Below are positions 51,986-60,715 of a stretch of 64,000 bases of DNA, one piece after another. This DNA comes from a bacterium (GTDB taxonomy: Bacteria; Fidelibacterota; Fidelibacteria; Fidelibacterales; Fidelibacteraceae): positions 672,001-736,000 of the forward strand of contig OY781066.1 in the NCBI GenBank assembly GCA_963676395.1, in the 5' to 3' direction. The notes beneath the pieces were generated by a model. That model made no database searches and was not told where the DNA came from. It was given only the letters and a program-made list of their open reading frames with translations. How positions within the stretch are numbered: the stretch's first letter is position 1; every line of letters starts with the position of its first letter. The position numbers and the translations under genes are program-made.

Positions 51986-52398
51986 ATAAACCACAAAAAT
52001 ACATTATTTCATTTCTACCTGCTGCAATATTTTTGTTCAACCAAATATTGATAATGTTTATTCGACCGATTATTCCTGCCAATAGATTTGAGTTACTATC
52101 AGAAATATTTGGTTGGTTACCCAACTATTTAGCTTCAGTCGGATTTGTTCTTATGAGTATGCTCCTATTAATAATTATAAAGGAATTAAAGCTGGATAAA
52201 AAGTACGCACGTTATTATAATATATATATGATTTTTATATCAGTGATTGCATTATTTGGTTTTATATGGTGGGAAAATCAACAGAAAAACAACTCGATGA
52301 TATATGATTTAAAAGATATTTATGCAACAGTTTGCGGCGTTATTACTGGATATTCAATATTTTTAATATTATACTTTAAACATAAATTCAACAACTAA
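51982..52398 (+). CDS. Small 4-TM membrane protein
   Basis: Hydrophobic helices; LPN and D..DI.A motifs. Confidence 0.6.
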   Translation: MNKPQKYIISFLPAAIFLFNQILIMFIRPIIPANRFELLSEIFGWLPNYLASVGFVLMSMLLLIIIKELKLDKKYARYYNIYMIFISVIALFGFIWWENQQKNNSMIYDLKDIYATVCGVITGYSIFLILYFKHKFNN

Positions 52399-52455
52399 AA
52401 GATATTAATTCTGATAAATTAACGAACAAGTTGACTTTAAATGACAAACACCAGC

Positions 52456-52586
52456 ATACAACAATGTGTATAATTCATAAGGGTTTCAGAGGTTTTCGAT
52501 CGGTTTCACCCGAATCAATTTTGGGTGGTAACTTGATAAGTTTGAAGCCCACAATCCCTTACGAAATCATACACTTAACGTTAGCG
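52456..52586 (+). repeat. attC-like site 5
   Basis: ATACAAC...gtgtataattcataaggg / cccttacgaaatcatacac...GTTAGCG; 131 bp. Confidence 0.85.
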
Positions 52587-52645
52587 TGTATTACCACAAC
52601 AGAGACATAGATCGCAAAGTTTCTTTATAGGAATATTTAGCTAAA

Positions 52646-53089
52646 ATGAGAATTGAGAAAATTATCAATAACAAAAAGAAATACCTTGATTTATTGCTGT
52701 TAGCGGATGAGTCAGAGGATATGATTGACAGATATTTGGAAAGTGGAGATATGTTTGCACTATTCGATGATGACGTTAAAACTGTTTGTGTTGTTGCTGC
52801 AATAGATAAAGAAACTTGCGAATTGAAAAACATAGCAACTTATGAGAAATATCAAGGTAGAGGATATGCTAAAGCATTAATAAATTATATTTCTAATTTT
52901 TACAAAAACGATTATAAAACAATGCAACTCGGAACAGGCGATATCCCAGCAATTTTGTCATTTTATGAAAATTGCGGATTCAAAATATCACATCGATTAA
53001 AGAATTTTTTTACTGACAATTATGACCATCCAATGTTTGAAGACGGAATACAGCTTATAGATATGGTTTATCTAAAGAAAAAATTATAA
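52646..53089 (+). CDS. GNAT N-acetyltransferase
   Basis: LLLLAD, ELKNIA...YQGRGYA and FYENCGF motifs. Confidence 0.9.
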   Translation: MRIEKIINNKKKYLDLLLLADESEDMIDRYLESGDMFALFDDDVKTVCVVAAIDKETCELKNIATYEKYQGRGYAKALINYISNFYKNDYKTMQLGTGDIPAILSFYENCGFKISHRLKNFFTDNYDHPMFEDGIQLIDMVYLKKKL

Positions 53090-53105
53090 TAGCTAAATTA
53101 TTAAG

Positions 53106-53285
53106 ATGAAATCCATTGATGTAAAACAAGCAATAGATAGTGATGTCGAAAGAACAACCCGGTTATTTTATGATACAATTCAGAATGTCAATATAAGGGA
53201 TTATTCCCAGGAAGAGGTTGACGATTGGTCATCATGGAAAACTGATACAAATAAGTGCTTGGATAAAATGAAATTGAGAAATTAA
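53106..53285 (+). pseudogene. Truncated YafP-like GNAT N-terminus
   Basis: My translation MKSIDVKQAIDSDVERTTRLFYDTIQNVNIRDYSQEEVDDWSSW..., stops after 59 aa. Confidence 0.6.
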
Positions 53286-53340
53286 TTAATGAATATTCAA
53301 AAAATTAAATTACCGGCATAACAGGTGAACTATATAAGAC

Positions 53341-54339
53341 ATGAGATTACAAATAAAACATAAAGAATTGAAGAGATTGAAAAAAAGAACAGGATTTACC
53401 ATTACTATTTTTGTTGCAATTATGAATGTTATTACAATACATGCGCAAACCAGGTCACTTAAAGAAACTGATTTAATTTGTTCAAATAATGAAAAACCTC
53501 ATGTCGCATTTTCTTTTGATGATGGTTCAACAAAAGACAAACTTACTTACAAAAATTCGGAATGGAATTCGATGATACGAAAACAACTGAAGGATAATCA
53601 TATTCAAGCAGTTTGGTTTGTTGCGGCAAAAGGAATGGATAACGACAAAGGTAAACAGTTGTTGGAAAAGTGGAACAAAGATGGCCATCTGATCGCAAAT
53701 CACACGTATAGCCATTTCAATTACAATGATTCTTTAATGACTTGTAAAGCATATACCAAAGATATACTGAAATGCGATTCATTGATAAGCAGTTATACAA
53801 ATTATAAAAAAATAGTTCGCTTTCCGTATTTAAACGGAGGTAACACTATCTCGAAACGAGACAGCTTGCTTGATTTTCTTCAACAAAATGATTATCGGCA
53901 AGGATGGGTAACTATTGATAATTGTGAATGGTATATAAATATGAGATTGATGAATCGTTTAAAAGAAAATCCTGATGCCGATTTTAGTGGATTTGGAGCG
54001 TATTACGTTAATCATATTTTCGAAATGGCACAACATTACAATAAGCTTTCAACTCAGATTAATCAACGGCAAATAACACACTCTCTCTTATTGCATTTCA
54101 ATCTGACTTCAGCACTGTTTTTAAATGATTTGATTGAAAAATTCAGAAAAGAAGGATGGATAATTGATAATTACAGCGAAGCAATGAATGACCCGGTTTA
54201 TTCAGGTCAACCTATTGCAATACCATCCGAACAAAGTATAATTTGGATGCAAGCAAAGCAAAAAGGTGGATTTGAATTAGATTACGATGAAGAAAACATC
54301 AAACATCAGGAAGACAAAATGGCTAAATTGGGATTATAA
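53341..54339 (+). CDS. Polysaccharide deacetylase (CE4/NodB) family protein
   Basis: FSFDDG, NHTYSH, RFPY and LLLH motifs. Confidence 0.85.
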   Translation: MRLQIKHKELKRLKKRTGFTITIFVAIMNVITIHAQTRSLKETDLICSNNEKPHVAFSFDDGSTKDKLTYKNSEWNSMIRKQLKDNHIQAVWFVAAKGMDNDKGKQLLEKWNKDGHLIANHTYSHFNYNDSLMTCKAYTKDILKCDSLISSYTNYKKIVRFPYLNGGNTISKRDSLLDFLQQNDYRQGWVTIDNCEWYINMRLMNRLKENPDADFSGFGAYYVNHIFEMAQHYNKLSTQINQRQITHSLLLHFNLTSALFLNDLIEKFRKEGWIIDNYSEAMNDPVYSGQPIAIPSEQSIIWMQAKQKGGFELDYDEENIKHQEDKMAKLGL

Positions 54340-54356
54340 AAATTACTCCCAATACT

Positions 54357-54656
54357 ATGCTTGATTTCGGATCATCACAAAATCCATTGGTAACAAGTGT
54401 ACATCATCAATCAGTAAAGAAAACAGGGGAAAATTTCCGGGTAATTGCAACGTCATTAGATAGAAAAGTCGTAGAAGCTATTGCCAATACAAAATTTAAG
54501 AATGTTTACGGCGTTCAGTTTCATCCGGAGTTTTCAACTTTATATAAACAGAAAGAGTTTAGAAATTCAAAAAACAATATTGTTTCATTTAACGATAATG
54601 ATAAACAATTTCTTAAACATTTTTGGAAAGATTTCAGTTTAAGATTATATGCTTAA
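54357..54656 (+). pseudogene. C-terminal fragment of a peptidase C26/glutamine amidotransferase
   Basis: SVHHQSV, VEAI and GVQFHPE present; catalytic Cys region absent. Confidence 0.7.
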
Positions 54657-54753
54657 AAAACAAAGAAAACGATGGGCATGTCCATCATGTGGTGGTGTCG
54701 TTTATTTTTATCATTACAGATGTAGTAAATGTGATAAAACTGTAGATGTGTGA
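54649..54753 (+). pseudogene. Zn-ribbon C-terminal gene fragment (DUF3795-like tail)
   Basis: My translation MLKKQRKRWACPSCGGVVYFYHYRCSKCDKTVDV*, ending just before an att site. Confidence 0.5.
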
Positions 54754-54764
54754 TTTTCCACATC

Positions 54765-54908
54765 GCCTAACAGCGAATATGCTCTACGGCTTCGCCTTGG
54801 CCTTCTTCAAATTAACCCTTTGAATATTTTCTAAAAAATTATGATATTACTCTATAGAATATATTCACACCCACAAAGGGCTGAGTTTACTTCATATTTT
54901 CGTTAACG
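54765..54908 (+). repeat. attC-like site of a different sequence family
   Basis: GCCTAAC...gaatatg / catattt...GTTAACG; 144 bp; downstream GTTAACGGCAAT matches the end of the pepE cassette. Confidence 0.7.
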
Positions 54909-54931
54909 GCAATTAAACAAGAGAGACAAAC

Positions 54932-56113
54932 ATGACACAGAGAACACTTACTTTACTCCTCATTTTACTCTTAAGCTTCATTGGAACTGAGAGTTTGAAA
55001 GCACAGCAAAACACAGTCAAGCAAGATGAAACTATTTTTGTTTGGGGCGGAGATATTAACACAAAGTTTGTCCAATATGTCGCTGATCTGACAAAAAAAG
55101 AACATCCCAAAATCTGTTACTTACCAACGGCAAGTGCAGACAACCCGGATAATATTAAATATTGGGAAAATATATGTAATAGGTTACAATTAGATACTCT
55201 AATTCTAAAAGTGTGGGTAAGTTCTTCAGATAAAAATCAATCATTTGAAGACATCCTTCTGAACTCTGATGCCATCGTGGTTGGCGGGGGTAATACCTTG
55301 AATATGCTGGGAATTTGGAAAGCGCAAGGCATAGATAATATTTTGAAAAAAGCATTAAAAAATGGAATAATTTTATCGGGAGGAAGTGCCGGTTCAATAT
55401 GTTGGTTTCAGAACGGTATCAGCGATTCACGCCCTGTCAACTTAAGTATTGTCAAAGGCTTGGGTTTTTTACCTTTTAGCAATTGCCCGCATTACTCACA
55501 AGAATCAAGGAAAGACTTATATCATCAAATGATAAAAAACAGGAAAATGAATCCGGGTTATGCAACTGATGAGCTATCCGGAATCCTTTTCAAAAATGGG
55601 AAAGCTGTAAAATCCATCAGCCAAAGCGACCTACACAAGGCTTATTTTGTAAATCGTAAAAAAGGAATAATTAAAGAGACTAAACTCAAATCAGACTTTT
55701 TACTTAAGAAAAATGCTCTTCCTGAAGGCTCTTATTCCTCCCAATCCATAAAAAAGAAAATTAATGATCTATTAGATTCCAATGACAGTTCCTCGCCAAT
55801 GAATGCGTGTATTTCTGACATAAAATCCATAAGATTAAACAAAGAGAACATGAGTGAATCGGCAAAGAAAAAAGTGTTGGATATGGGTATCGAAAAAATA
55901 TTCATTTACCAAAATAAAATAGCTGGAATTGTTAACAACGCCTACCTTGACTCTTTTGGATATGGCATGTGGTATTATTATAACTGCAACGGTATTTGGA
56001 AAAGTATGGGAGAAGACATAGGCGGAAAAACAATATTTGAAAGTGAAATTACATTTCGGGAAAAAGCAAAAACAATTATCAAAAAAGCTGAAAATAAATT
56101 AAACTGCCGCTAA
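54932..56113 (+). CDS. Secreted peptidase S51 (dipeptidase E-like) with C-terminal extension (cassette)
   Basis: LPTASAD, VGGGNT, GGSAG and CPHY motifs; signal peptide. Confidence 0.85.
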   Translation: MTQRTLTLLLILLLSFIGTESLKAQQNTVKQDETIFVWGGDINTKFVQYVADLTKKEHPKICYLPTASADNPDNIKYWENICNRLQLDTLILKVWVSSSDKNQSFEDILLNSDAIVVGGGNTLNMLGIWKAQGIDNILKKALKNGIILSGGSAGSICWFQNGISDSRPVNLSIVKGLGFLPFSNCPHYSQESRKDLYHQMIKNRKMNPGYATDELSGILFKNGKAVKSISQSDLHKAYFVNRKKGIIKETKLKSDFLLKKNALPEGSYSSQSIKKKINDLLDSNDSSSPMNACISDIKSIRLNKENMSESAKKKVLDMGIEKIFIYQNKIAGIVNNAYLDSFGYGMWYYYNCNGIWKSMGEDIGGKTIFESEITFREKAKTIIKKAENKLNCR

Positions 56114-56175
56114 CATTTTGTTTAAGCAAAAGCCGGGAAATACCGCACACTCCAACAATTTACTGTTGATAGCAA
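56103..56175 (+). repeat. Internally deleted attC-like site
   Basis: ACTGCCGCTAAC-attttgtttaag...caatttactGTTG resembles both ends of sites 1/2 without the middle. Confidence 0.55.
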
Positions 56176-56225
56176 GTGCAGCAGAGCCACAGAGTACTTA
56201 AACAACCACTAAAAAAGATTAAAAT

Positions 56226-56900
56226 ATGGGATACTATATTAACTTAGAAAAAATATCAATTGATGATTATCGGATAAAATTAGAATCAGCTTATCTGCCA
56301 CCGAGCAGACTGATCCTTAAGGACAAATTGGATGAACGATTTGGATATTTTAAGAGCATTGGAATTAAAAATGTTAAAGAATTGATACAGATACTCAAAA
56401 AAAAGGACAAAATAGCTGAACTATCAAAAGTTGATTGTTTATCGGGTGATTATTTGAAAATATTGCTTAGAGAATTAAACAGTACACTACCAAAACCTAA
56501 TAAGTTTGCCGATTTTACTGGAATTTCACAAGAAACAGTTGATAAACTAAAAAATATTGGCATAAAAAATACAGCGAAATTGTATGATAAAGTTTTAACA
56601 AAATCAGACCGGCAAAAGCTTACTGAGGCAACAGGCATAGCTGACAAAGAGATTTTAGAATTGACTAAATTGACAGATTTATCAAGAATTAAATGGGTTG
56701 GAGTGACGTTTGCCAGAATGCTTTACGATTTAAAAATAGATACAGTGGAAAAAGCATCAAAATCTGACCCGGTCAATTTACATTCAATGATAAACCAATT
56801 AAATAAGGAAAAAAGCATTTATAAAGGACAAATTGGATTGAACGACATTAAAATATTCGTGAATGCCGCAAAAGAAATACCTTTGGAGATAGAATATTAA
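56226..56900 (+). CDS. DUF4332-like helix-hairpin-helix protein (last cassette)
   Basis: DLSRIKWVGVTFARML and LKNIGIKNT motifs. Confidence 0.7.
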   Translation: MGYYINLEKISIDDYRIKLESAYLPPSRLILKDKLDERFGYFKSIGIKNVKELIQILKKKDKIAELSKVDCLSGDYLKILLRELNSTLPKPNKFADFTGISQETVDKLKNIGIKNTAKLYDKVLTKSDRQKLTEATGIADKEILELTKLTDLSRIKWVGVTFARMLYDLKIDTVEKASKSDPVNLHSMINQLNKEKSIYKGQIGLNDIKIFVNAAKEIPLEIEY

Positions 56901-57017
56901 TAAATAAACAAAAAATTATGCACACCCTCATACCTTACTTGCAATATACTCAACATTAAATAAGCAAATCTCTTTAAACTTCTGCCAACATTTTAACCGT
57001 TCAACTTTTCAACCCCA

Positions 57018-57045
57018 CAAAAAAAGGACCCGTTTCCGGATCCTC
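57018..57045 (-). terminator. Terminator of yitT, near the right boundary of the array
   Basis: A-run plus ggacccgtttccggatcc; near-identical in reverse complement to the hairpin at 61651. Confidence 0.65.
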
Positions 57046-57076
57046 ATATTTCTTCGTTATCCGTTGTTAACGGATC

Positions 57077-57958
57077 TTATTCTTCATTCAAAGTCGTTCG
57101 TTCTCTAAATCCATCACCTTGCATAATGGAAACATTTGTAATCGTAACAAAAGCAAATGGATCTTCACGCTTTACAATACGACGAATATGTTCGATCTGG
57201 CGGGTGGCAACAACGCAGTACAATGTTTTCATATCTTTTTCGGTATACATTCCGACTGAATTCAATCCGGTAACACCACGATTTACTTCATTCATAATAC
57301 GATGTGCGATCACATCCCATTTGTCTGAGATAATCGTGATAGCTCGTTCTGAAGTTAAACCTTCTACGATCATATCAACAACTTTTGATGATATTGCCAA
57401 TGAGATCAAGCAGAAAAGAATAACATCAATATTCTTAAAAATCAATCCCATAGAAATAATAATAATGGTATCAATGATCATAAAAGACATACCAAGTGAG
57501 AAATGAAAATACTTATTTAAAATACGAGCAATAATATCAGATCCACCGGTAGTACCGCGACCTTTCATAATAACGCCTAATCCGCCACCTAATAGTAAAC
57601 CACCATAAATTGTAGCCAGTAAAGGATCGGTTGTTACAGGTGGGATTTTTAAAATGACATCAATAAGATCAGAAAAAAAAGAGATCCAAATAATACCCCA
57701 TAAAGTTTTCATTCCAAACTTACGACCAAATATCTTTACGCCAATCAGAAACAAGGGAACGTTCATCGCCAACATAGTAACACCTGCCGGCCAATTGAAT
57801 ATATGATACAGAATCGTCGAAATACCGGAAACACCCCCGGCAGATACTTTATTGGGTAGCAAAAACAACATCAAACCGATGGCCATGATCAATGAACCGA
57901 CAACGATCATCCCGTAATCCAATAAATTCTTTTTTCTTATTTTATCTCGTTCTGACAT
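57077..57958 (-). CDS. YitT family membrane protein
   Basis: GGVSGI, GTTGGSDI, RGVT and DPFAFV motifs; GGAGG before ATG 57958. Confidence 0.9.
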   Translation of the reverse strand: MSERDKIRKKNLLDYGMIVVGSLIMAIGLMLFLLPNKVSAGGVSGISTILYHIFNWPAGVTMLAMNVPLFLIGVKIFGRKFGMKTLWGIIWISFFSDLIDVILKIPPVTTDPLLATIYGGLLLGGGLGVIMKGRGTTGGSDIIARILNKYFHFSLGMSFMIIDTIIIISMGLIFKNIDVILFCLISLAISSKVVDMIVEGLTSERAITIISDKWDVIAHRIMNEVNRGVTGLNSVGMYTEKDMKTLYCVVATRQIEHIRRIVKREDPFAFVTITNVSIMQGDGFRERTTLNEE

Positions 57959-58118
57959 AAACGCCTCCACCAAAAATTGAGAGAATATAATCCTTTGAGA
58001 ATCAAGAGACAAGTGACAAATATAAAGAAATATGAGGGGGCTCAACATGTCGAGTCCCGGTATTATTCGGTCTGGATATATTCATATTCAATATCAATTT
58101 TCATATTCAATTAAAACT

Positions 58119-59204
58119 TTATTTCTTAACTGCCATTAACAAAGCGATACCAACAACAGCAAAGAATATATTAGGCATCCAAACTGCCCAAAATGGATCC
58201 ATTACTCCCGCAACTCCAAGAACCTTACCAAAGGTCAAAAACACATAGAAGGTAAACAGCAAGACGAGACTGGTGGCCACGCCCCCTCCATATCCACTGG
58301 ATCGTGTTTGAAAAGTCACTAAGGGAATACCGATCAAGATCACGATAAAGCAAGCAAAATTCATTGCTACTCTAAAATACAAATTGGTTTCCCAACGCAT
58401 TGTTTCCATGCCCAACTGCTTAGAACGATCAATAAAACCGCGTAATTGTCTAAAGGTCATATTTTCGGGTTTTACACTTTTTTGCCGTAATTCTTTAGGA
58501 GAGACATCCAAATCCAGTATCAATGAATCTCGTTTAAAAAATTTAACATCATCACCATCAAATATCCGGTGTTGTACTTTTAACAATAGCCATTTTTCTT
58601 CGTCTTCAAGCCAACGTATATGGGGTGCATCTTTTCTTTCGACGATCTTTCCATCTATGACTTTGTGTAATCCGGCATATCTGCCACGCCCATTTACAAT
58701 ATTATAGCGTCGAATGGTAAACACCTGATGATCCGGTAACTGAAAATATACTTGCCGATGGATCTTTTGATCATATGACCTGTTGGTCAGTTTCATGTTA
58801 TTTTGGACGAATTCAGTCACTTCATGCTGAGCAGGAACAACGACTCTATCTTCAAATAAAAACGAAAAAACACTTAAACAAAAACCAAAGATCAAAAAAG
58901 GAAGCGCAAGACGATATAAACTTAAACCACTAACTTTCATCGCAGTTAGTTCATTAAATTTATTGCTTTGTCCAAAGAAAAAAACAACAGCCAATAAAGC
59001 AGATACGGGAAAACACCAGTGAAGCATCCAGGGGATCATTAACCAATAATAATGCAAAACCTCCGCAAAGGTCATTTTATTATCAAGAAATTGAGCGATT
59101 TTTTGAACCAGATCAACAAGAAGAAAAATACAAATAAATGTCAACATGATAAAAAAGAAAGTTCGCAGATATTGCTTTAACATATAGCGATCCAACAACT
59201 TCAT
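58119..59204 (-). CDS. lptG: LPS export permease LptG/LptF family
   Basis: KLLDRY start; NELTAMKVSGLS and AVWMPNI motifs. Confidence 0.85.
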   Translation of the reverse strand: MKLLDRYMLKQYLRTFFFIMLTFICIFLLVDLVQKIAQFLDNKMTFAEVLHYYWLMIPWMLHWCFPVSALLAVVFFFGQSNKFNELTAMKVSGLSLYRLALPFLIFGFCLSVFSFLFEDRVVVPAQHEVTEFVQNNMKLTNRSYDQKIHRQVYFQLPDHQVFTIRRYNIVNGRGRYAGLHKVIDGKIVERKDAPHIRWLEDEEKWLLLKVQHRIFDGDDVKFFKRDSLILDLDVSPKELRQKSVKPENMTFRQLRGFIDRSKQLGMETMRWETNLYFRVAMNFACFIVILIGIPLVTFQTRSSGYGGGVATSLVLLFTFYVFLTFGKVLGVAGVMDPFWAVWMPNIFFAVVGIALLMAVKK

Positions 59205-59205
59205 T

Positions 59206-60429
59206 TTATTTCCCCATTGTTTGGCGCAATTTGATATAATCAATGCTTTTAGGTGTTGATCTCAATATGGTAAATTCAAGATTATTGATAGTTAACACTT
59301 CAGACGATCCGGGGAAACGATCAAGATGATCAAGCAGATATCCGGCGATGGTTTCATATTCACCTTCGGGAATATCCAATCCATATTCATTATTTAAAAA
59401 ATCAATCTCTGTTCGTCCACTCATTGAAAGCTCACCACTTGGATGTCGTCTTACTTCCTCTATATTTTCATCATATTCATCATCAAATTCTCCAAAGATT
59501 TCCTCAACAATATCTTCCATTGTTACCATACCCGAAGAAACCCCAAATTCATCAACAATAATGGCGATACTTGTTTTGCTATCTTGAAATTCTTTTAGCA
59601 GTTCGATCACATTTTTAGATTCGGGAAAAAACTTAATAGGTCTGATAATGTGCTCAAGCTTATCTTCTCGATTCATTACATCACGAAGTGATACATAGCC
59701 GATAATCTGATCAATATTATCCCGATAAATAATAATCTTTGAGAAGCCGGATTGAATAAAAGTTTTTTTCAAGTCAAGAATGGAGCAATCTTCATCGACT
59801 GCAACAATGTCTGTTCTCGGAGTAATGATCTCACCGGCAGTTGTCTCTGAAAAGCCAAAAAGGTTATTAATATATTTCTTTTTTTCCTCGTTAATAATAC
59901 CGTGATCATAACTCTCAAAAATTCGTTGTTCGATCTCTTCGCGACGAATCATAATATTTAAAGGTTCGCCATCACTTTTTAATAATTTGATCAAGAATGC
60001 AATGATCTTTTCAAAAACTCGTGCAATGGGATGCAAAATAATACCGGGAACTTTCATTACCGCCGTAGAAAACAATAAAAATGAGTTCGGTTTTATGCGA
60101 ACCAATGACTTGGGTAATACTTCACCTAGTACAAGAACTGCCGCAGCTATAAATATAATAACCAGCCACCATGAAAAACCATATGCTGACAAAGCCAAAG
60201 TTGCAAACGTTGTTGTTAAAACATTTGTAAGGGTATTACCAACTAAGATCATGGTAAGGAAATGTTGCCTATCTTCATAGACTTTTAAAGCTGACGTGGC
60301 AAAGGCTTTGTTTTGGGATTCCCATTTTTGTAATTGGAGAGGGTGAGCCGAAATCACAGCCATCTCAGAAGCCGAGAAAAAGGCCGATAGTATAAGTCCG
60401 ACAGCTGCAAGAATAATTTCTGTTATCAT
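59206..60429 (-). CDS. Hemolysin-family CNNM/CBS/CorC protein
   Basis: FFSASEMA, GEVLPK, TPRTDI, VDEFG..GMVTMEDIVEEIFGE and YETIAG motifs. Confidence 0.92.
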   Translation of the reverse strand: MITEIILAAVGLILSAFFSASEMAVISAHPLQLQKWESQNKAFATSALKVYEDRQHFLTMILVGNTLTNVLTTTFATLALSAYGFSWWLVIIFIAAAVLVLGEVLPKSLVRIKPNSFLLFSTAVMKVPGIILHPIARVFEKIIAFLIKLLKSDGEPLNIMIRREEIEQRIFESYDHGIINEEKKKYINNLFGFSETTAGEIITPRTDIVAVDEDCSILDLKKTFIQSGFSKIIIYRDNIDQIIGYVSLRDVMNREDKLEHIIRPIKFFPESKNVIELLKEFQDSKTSIAIIVDEFGVSSGMVTMEDIVEEIFGEFDDEYDENIEEVRRHPSGELSMSGRTEIDFLNNEYGLDIPEGEYETIAGYLLDHLDRFPGSSEVLTINNLEFTILRSTPKSIDYIKLRQTMGK

Positions 60430-60715
60430 GTTGTATTTTATTGAAAAAGAGCTTTAAATACAACGGAGAACTGAGAATTGAGAGTTGATAATTTAATTAA
60501 TAATTTAACATCAAATATGTGGTTTGTTGTCATCCGGAGCATACTATAAAACCGTTAAAGGTATCTTTTATTTTAAAAACCCTATGATTAACCTGAAGTT
60601 TATTGAAACAACAATCTGAACTTAATATATCTGCATGCAAATTTCTTAAATAAGATTTCATTATAATCAACTAAAAATCCTTGCATAGAATTATAAAGAA
60701 TATTAATATTCGCTA

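Larger units (their letters stand above)
40955..56995 (+). mobile_element. Integron-like gene-cassette platform: integrase, primary site and cassette array
   Basis: IntI-like recombinase followed by co-oriented AT-rich ORFs separated by ~130-bp palindromic sites, with cassette-specific end complementarity; right boundary approximate. Confidence 0.85.

Noticed and set aside
43408..52586. Repeats as a CRISPR array
   Set aside because: Units are ~130 bp, separated by kilobase genes rather than 30-40 bp spacers; no cas genes
40955..56995. Prophage or ICE
   Set aside because: No structural, replication or conjugation genes and no flanking attL/attR direct repeats seen
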